In this document: one piece after another, positions 42,344 to 44,362 of the stretch
Position numbering within the stretch: position 1 is the first letter of the stretch
Layout: every line of letters begins with the position of its first letter
Sequence record: PZ445525.1
DNA: 44,362 nt
Strand: one strand, 5' to 3'
Origin: a phage
Made by a program: the position numbers and the translations under genes
The notes under the pieces: generated by a model
Database searches by the model: none
Told to the model about the DNA's origin: nothing
The model's input: only the letters and a program-made list of their open reading frames with translations

Positions 42344-43486
42344 ATGCACCCGCAAACTAAAATCACCGACGAGCAATTGATCGCCGAGCTGCAATCTGGC
42401 ACTACATCGAAAGATATCGCGAAGAAATACGGTATTGCCCTTCGAAATGTCTACATGCGAAAAGCCCGCCTGTCGAAGAAAGGGATTGGTCACGGTAACG
42501 ATGCCGTAATCCATAAGCGCGTTGCCGATGGCTTCGGTGTTAAGCGCGTATCCGCCCTGGTGCGCGGAAATGGCGAAGAGGTCATGTCGTGGGTTATCAC
42601 TGAGCAGGACAAGGAGCGCCAGCTTGAAGCAATGCGCGCCGTTGTCGAGGGCATGAACAGCGAAATCACACCGGCAGCACCAGTAAGCGCCCCGCCTGTC
42701 CCGACCCAGGCGCTCGACCTACTCAACCTGTACACCGTGTCCGACTTCCACCTGGGCATGTTGGCCTGGGGCGAGGAGACTGGCGAAGACTGGGATATGG
42801 CGATTGCCGAAGACCTGTTTTACCGCTGGTTTGTCGAAGCCTTCGCACGCGCACCGGACGCAGGCACTGCCGTTATCAATATCCTCGGTGATATGGCCCA
42901 CTTTGACAGCCTCGACGCCGTCACTCCGGCAAGTGGTCACATCCTGGATGCGGACACCCGATACCAGAAGTTGGTCCGCTACATGATTCGCATGGTGCGC
43001 AACGTGGTGGAACTGGCGCTGCAAAAACACCACAAAGTCAAATTGCTAATCGTCCAGGGGAATCACGACGAGTCGGGCATGATTTGGCTGGCGGAAATGT
43101 TCAATACGCTGTACGAGAACGAGCCACGCGTCGAGGTGGACACGTCACCGGACGTATACAAAATGGTGCAGCACGGTAAAACAACGCTGTTCTTCCACCA
43201 CGGGCACAAAGCGCGCTTCGATGCTATCGAAACCGTCATGATTTCTAAATTCAGACAGGCTTTCGGGTCCAGCGAGTACAGCTACGCGCATGTAGGCCAC
43301 TTGCACCACCAGAAGATTGTAGAATCCCGCAACATGATTGTTGAACAGCACCGGACCCTCGCAGCGAAAGACGCATATGCCAGCCGCGGCGGTTGGATGT
43401 CCGGTCGTAGCGCCAATGTCATTACCTACAGCGCCAACTACGGAGAAGTAGCGCGCTTAACCATTAGCCCGGAAATGTTGAAATGA
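42344..43486 (+). CDS. calcineurin-like metallophosphoesterase with N-terminal HTH-like region
   Basis: motifs S-D-F-H-L-G, G-D-M-A-H-F-D, G-N-H-D-E, H-H-G-H, G-H-L-H-H; start at 42344 (RBS aggaag) rather than 42218, whose extension covers the palindrome. Confidence 0.65.
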   Translation: MHPQTKITDEQLIAELQSGTTSKDIAKKYGIALRNVYMRKARLSKKGIGHGNDAVIHKRVADGFGVKRVSALVRGNGEEVMSWVITEQDKERQLEAMRAVVEGMNSEITPAAPVSAPPVPTQALDLLNLYTVSDFHLGMLAWGEETGEDWDMAIAEDLFYRWFVEAFARAPDAGTAVINILGDMAHFDSLDAVTPASGHILDADTRYQKLVRYMIRMVRNVVELALQKHHKVKLLIVQGNHDESGMIWLAEMFNTLYENEPRVEVDTSPDVYKMVQHGKTTLFFHHGHKARFDAIETVMISKFRQAFGSSEYSYAHVGHLHHQKIVESRNMIVEQHRTLAAKDAYASRGGWMSGRSANVITYSANYGEVARLTISPEMLK

Positions 43487-43695
43487 TCAGACAAGTATTC
43501 ATGAGCACGCAGGCGGACCGCCTGAAGGAACTACGCAAGCAACTCGAAGGCTTGCGCCGATTCGAACGAACGGCAGCGGCAATAGGCATGTCTATCAGTG
43601 AGCGGATCGAGATACTATCGCAAATACGCTACACAGAAGGCGCTATAAGCGAAGTAGAAAGCATGTTAACCCGATACTACGGGCGCACCGTTTAA
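43483..43695 (+). CDS. hypothetical protein
   Basis: 70-aa ORF with ATGA overlap to the previous gene. Confidence 0.45.
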   Translation: MIRQVFMSTQADRLKELRKQLEGLRRFERTAAAIGMSISERIEILSQIRYTEGAISEVESMLTRYYGRTV

Positions 43696-43701
43696 ACCGC
43701 A

Positions 43702-43728
43702 CAGCCCGCCGATTTGGTGGGCTTTTTT
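43702..43728 (+). terminator. intrinsic terminator
   Basis: GC-rich hairpin (agccc...gggct) followed by TTTTTT. Confidence 0.4.
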
Positions 43729-43811
43729 GTGCCTGTTATAATCCCCTTAGATGGCAGGGCCGTCTCTTATGTTGCCGATGGTCGGCGCATATGCACAAAA
43801 GGGCTTATATC

Positions 43812-44362
43812 ATGGCAGAAATTAAAGTTAAAGGCCGTCGCGCTAAACTGGACGGACGAGTAGCAGTTACCCCGCGCCGTAAACCAGGCGAGCAAACAGA
43901 ACACACCAATCTTGGACCTGAGATCGAATATGGCAAGCGTCGTAAAGGCGGCAAATGTGGACGCCCGACCGACTACCGATCCGTTTACTGCGACCAGCTT
44001 CGCCGCTATTTTGCCGACGCCGACGCCTGGCAGGTTAACTACTCCGATAAAGGCGCTGCGCAAGTAATCCCCCGAAACAAGATGCCGACCTTTGGGCGCT
44101 TTGCTGCAGAAATTGGCGTAGGCGTTGCCTGCCTGTACCGCTGGGCGCGCGCACATGAGGAGTTCGCCGAGGCGATGGCGGACGCTATGGAATTGCAGAA
44201 AACCTTCCTGATGGAAGCTGGCGGCGTAACCATCGCGGCGGGCTTCGCTACATTCCTGCTTAAAGCCAACCACGGCGTCCGGGACGATGTACCGCTGGAT
44301 GACGACGAAGATGATAACGGCGACGTCGTGGTAGAACCTACCGGCAAAGGTCAGGGTGAATA
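43812..44362 (+). CDS. terS: terminase small subunit candidate (3' end runs to window edge)
   Basis: open frame to the last base; HTH-like F-A-A-E-I-G-V-G-V-A-C-L-Y-R-W-A-R-A-H-E-E-F; final nt TA plus nt 1 (A) make a TAA overlapping the terL ATG; absent from the ORF track because no in-window stop. Confidence 0.5.
   Translation, partial: MAEIKVKGRRAKLDGRVAVTPRRKPGEQTEHTNLGPEIEYGKRRKGGKCGRPTDYRSVYCDQLRRYFADADAWQVNYSDKGAAQVIPRNKMPTFGRFAAEIGVGVACLYRWARAHEEFAEAMADAMELQKTFLMEAGGVTIAAGFATFLLKANHGVRDDVPLDDDEDDNGDVVVEPTGKGQGE

Noticed and set aside
1386-43812. terS-terL as one fused ORF across the circular junction
   Set aside because: The terS frame ends with TAA formed by nt 44361-44362 plus nt 1; terL starts at the overlapping ATG in a different frame.
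1-44362. tRNA genes, integrase/attP, CI-like repressor, reverse transcriptase/DGR, retron
   Set aside because: No T-loop-like GGTTCGAATCC in any intergenic region; no tyrosine/serine recombinase motifs or YxDD reverse transcriptase motif in any ORF; by-eye search only, so small ncRNAs cannot be excluded.

Overview
The window reads as a complete, circularly permuted ~44.4-kb genome of a tailed dsDNA phage with a lambda-like siphovirus tail module, rotated so that position 1 is the terminase large subunit ATG. The terS-like ORF at the right edge is completed by a TAA formed from nt 44361-44362 plus nt 1. Order: terL, portal, head morphogenesis protein, a displaced Rz/Rz1 spanin pair, a reverse-oriented moron, scaffold, major capsid, neck proteins, major tail protein, G/GT chaperone with a -1 frameshift site, tape measure, M-L-K-I-J tail tip genes; then minus-strand accessory genes including a Cor-like lipoprotein; a plus-strand tail fiber with a C-terminal intramolecular chaperone domain; a long minus-strand replication and nucleotide-metabolism operon (HAD phosphatase, N6-adenine and C5-cytosine methyltransferases, SNF2 helicase, VRR-NUC, family A DNA polymerase, DUF2815-like SSB, Cas4-like exonuclease); a divergent control region; then plus-strand HTH protein, primase-helicase, small early genes, lysis cassette, metallophosphoesterase and terS. 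I found no tRNA, CRISPR array, integrase or reverse transcriptase. The two most unusual signals are (1) two ~190-bp direct copies of a GGGACA-iteron block capped by a conserved long hairpin, one interrupting the tail operon and one beside the primase-helicase gene, and (2) a recurrent TGCAACCAAT / ATTGGTTGCA motif embedded in promoter-like intergenic sites around the genome. All protein family calls are from motifs read by eye, not database searches. Coordinates of short motifs may be off by 1-2 nt.
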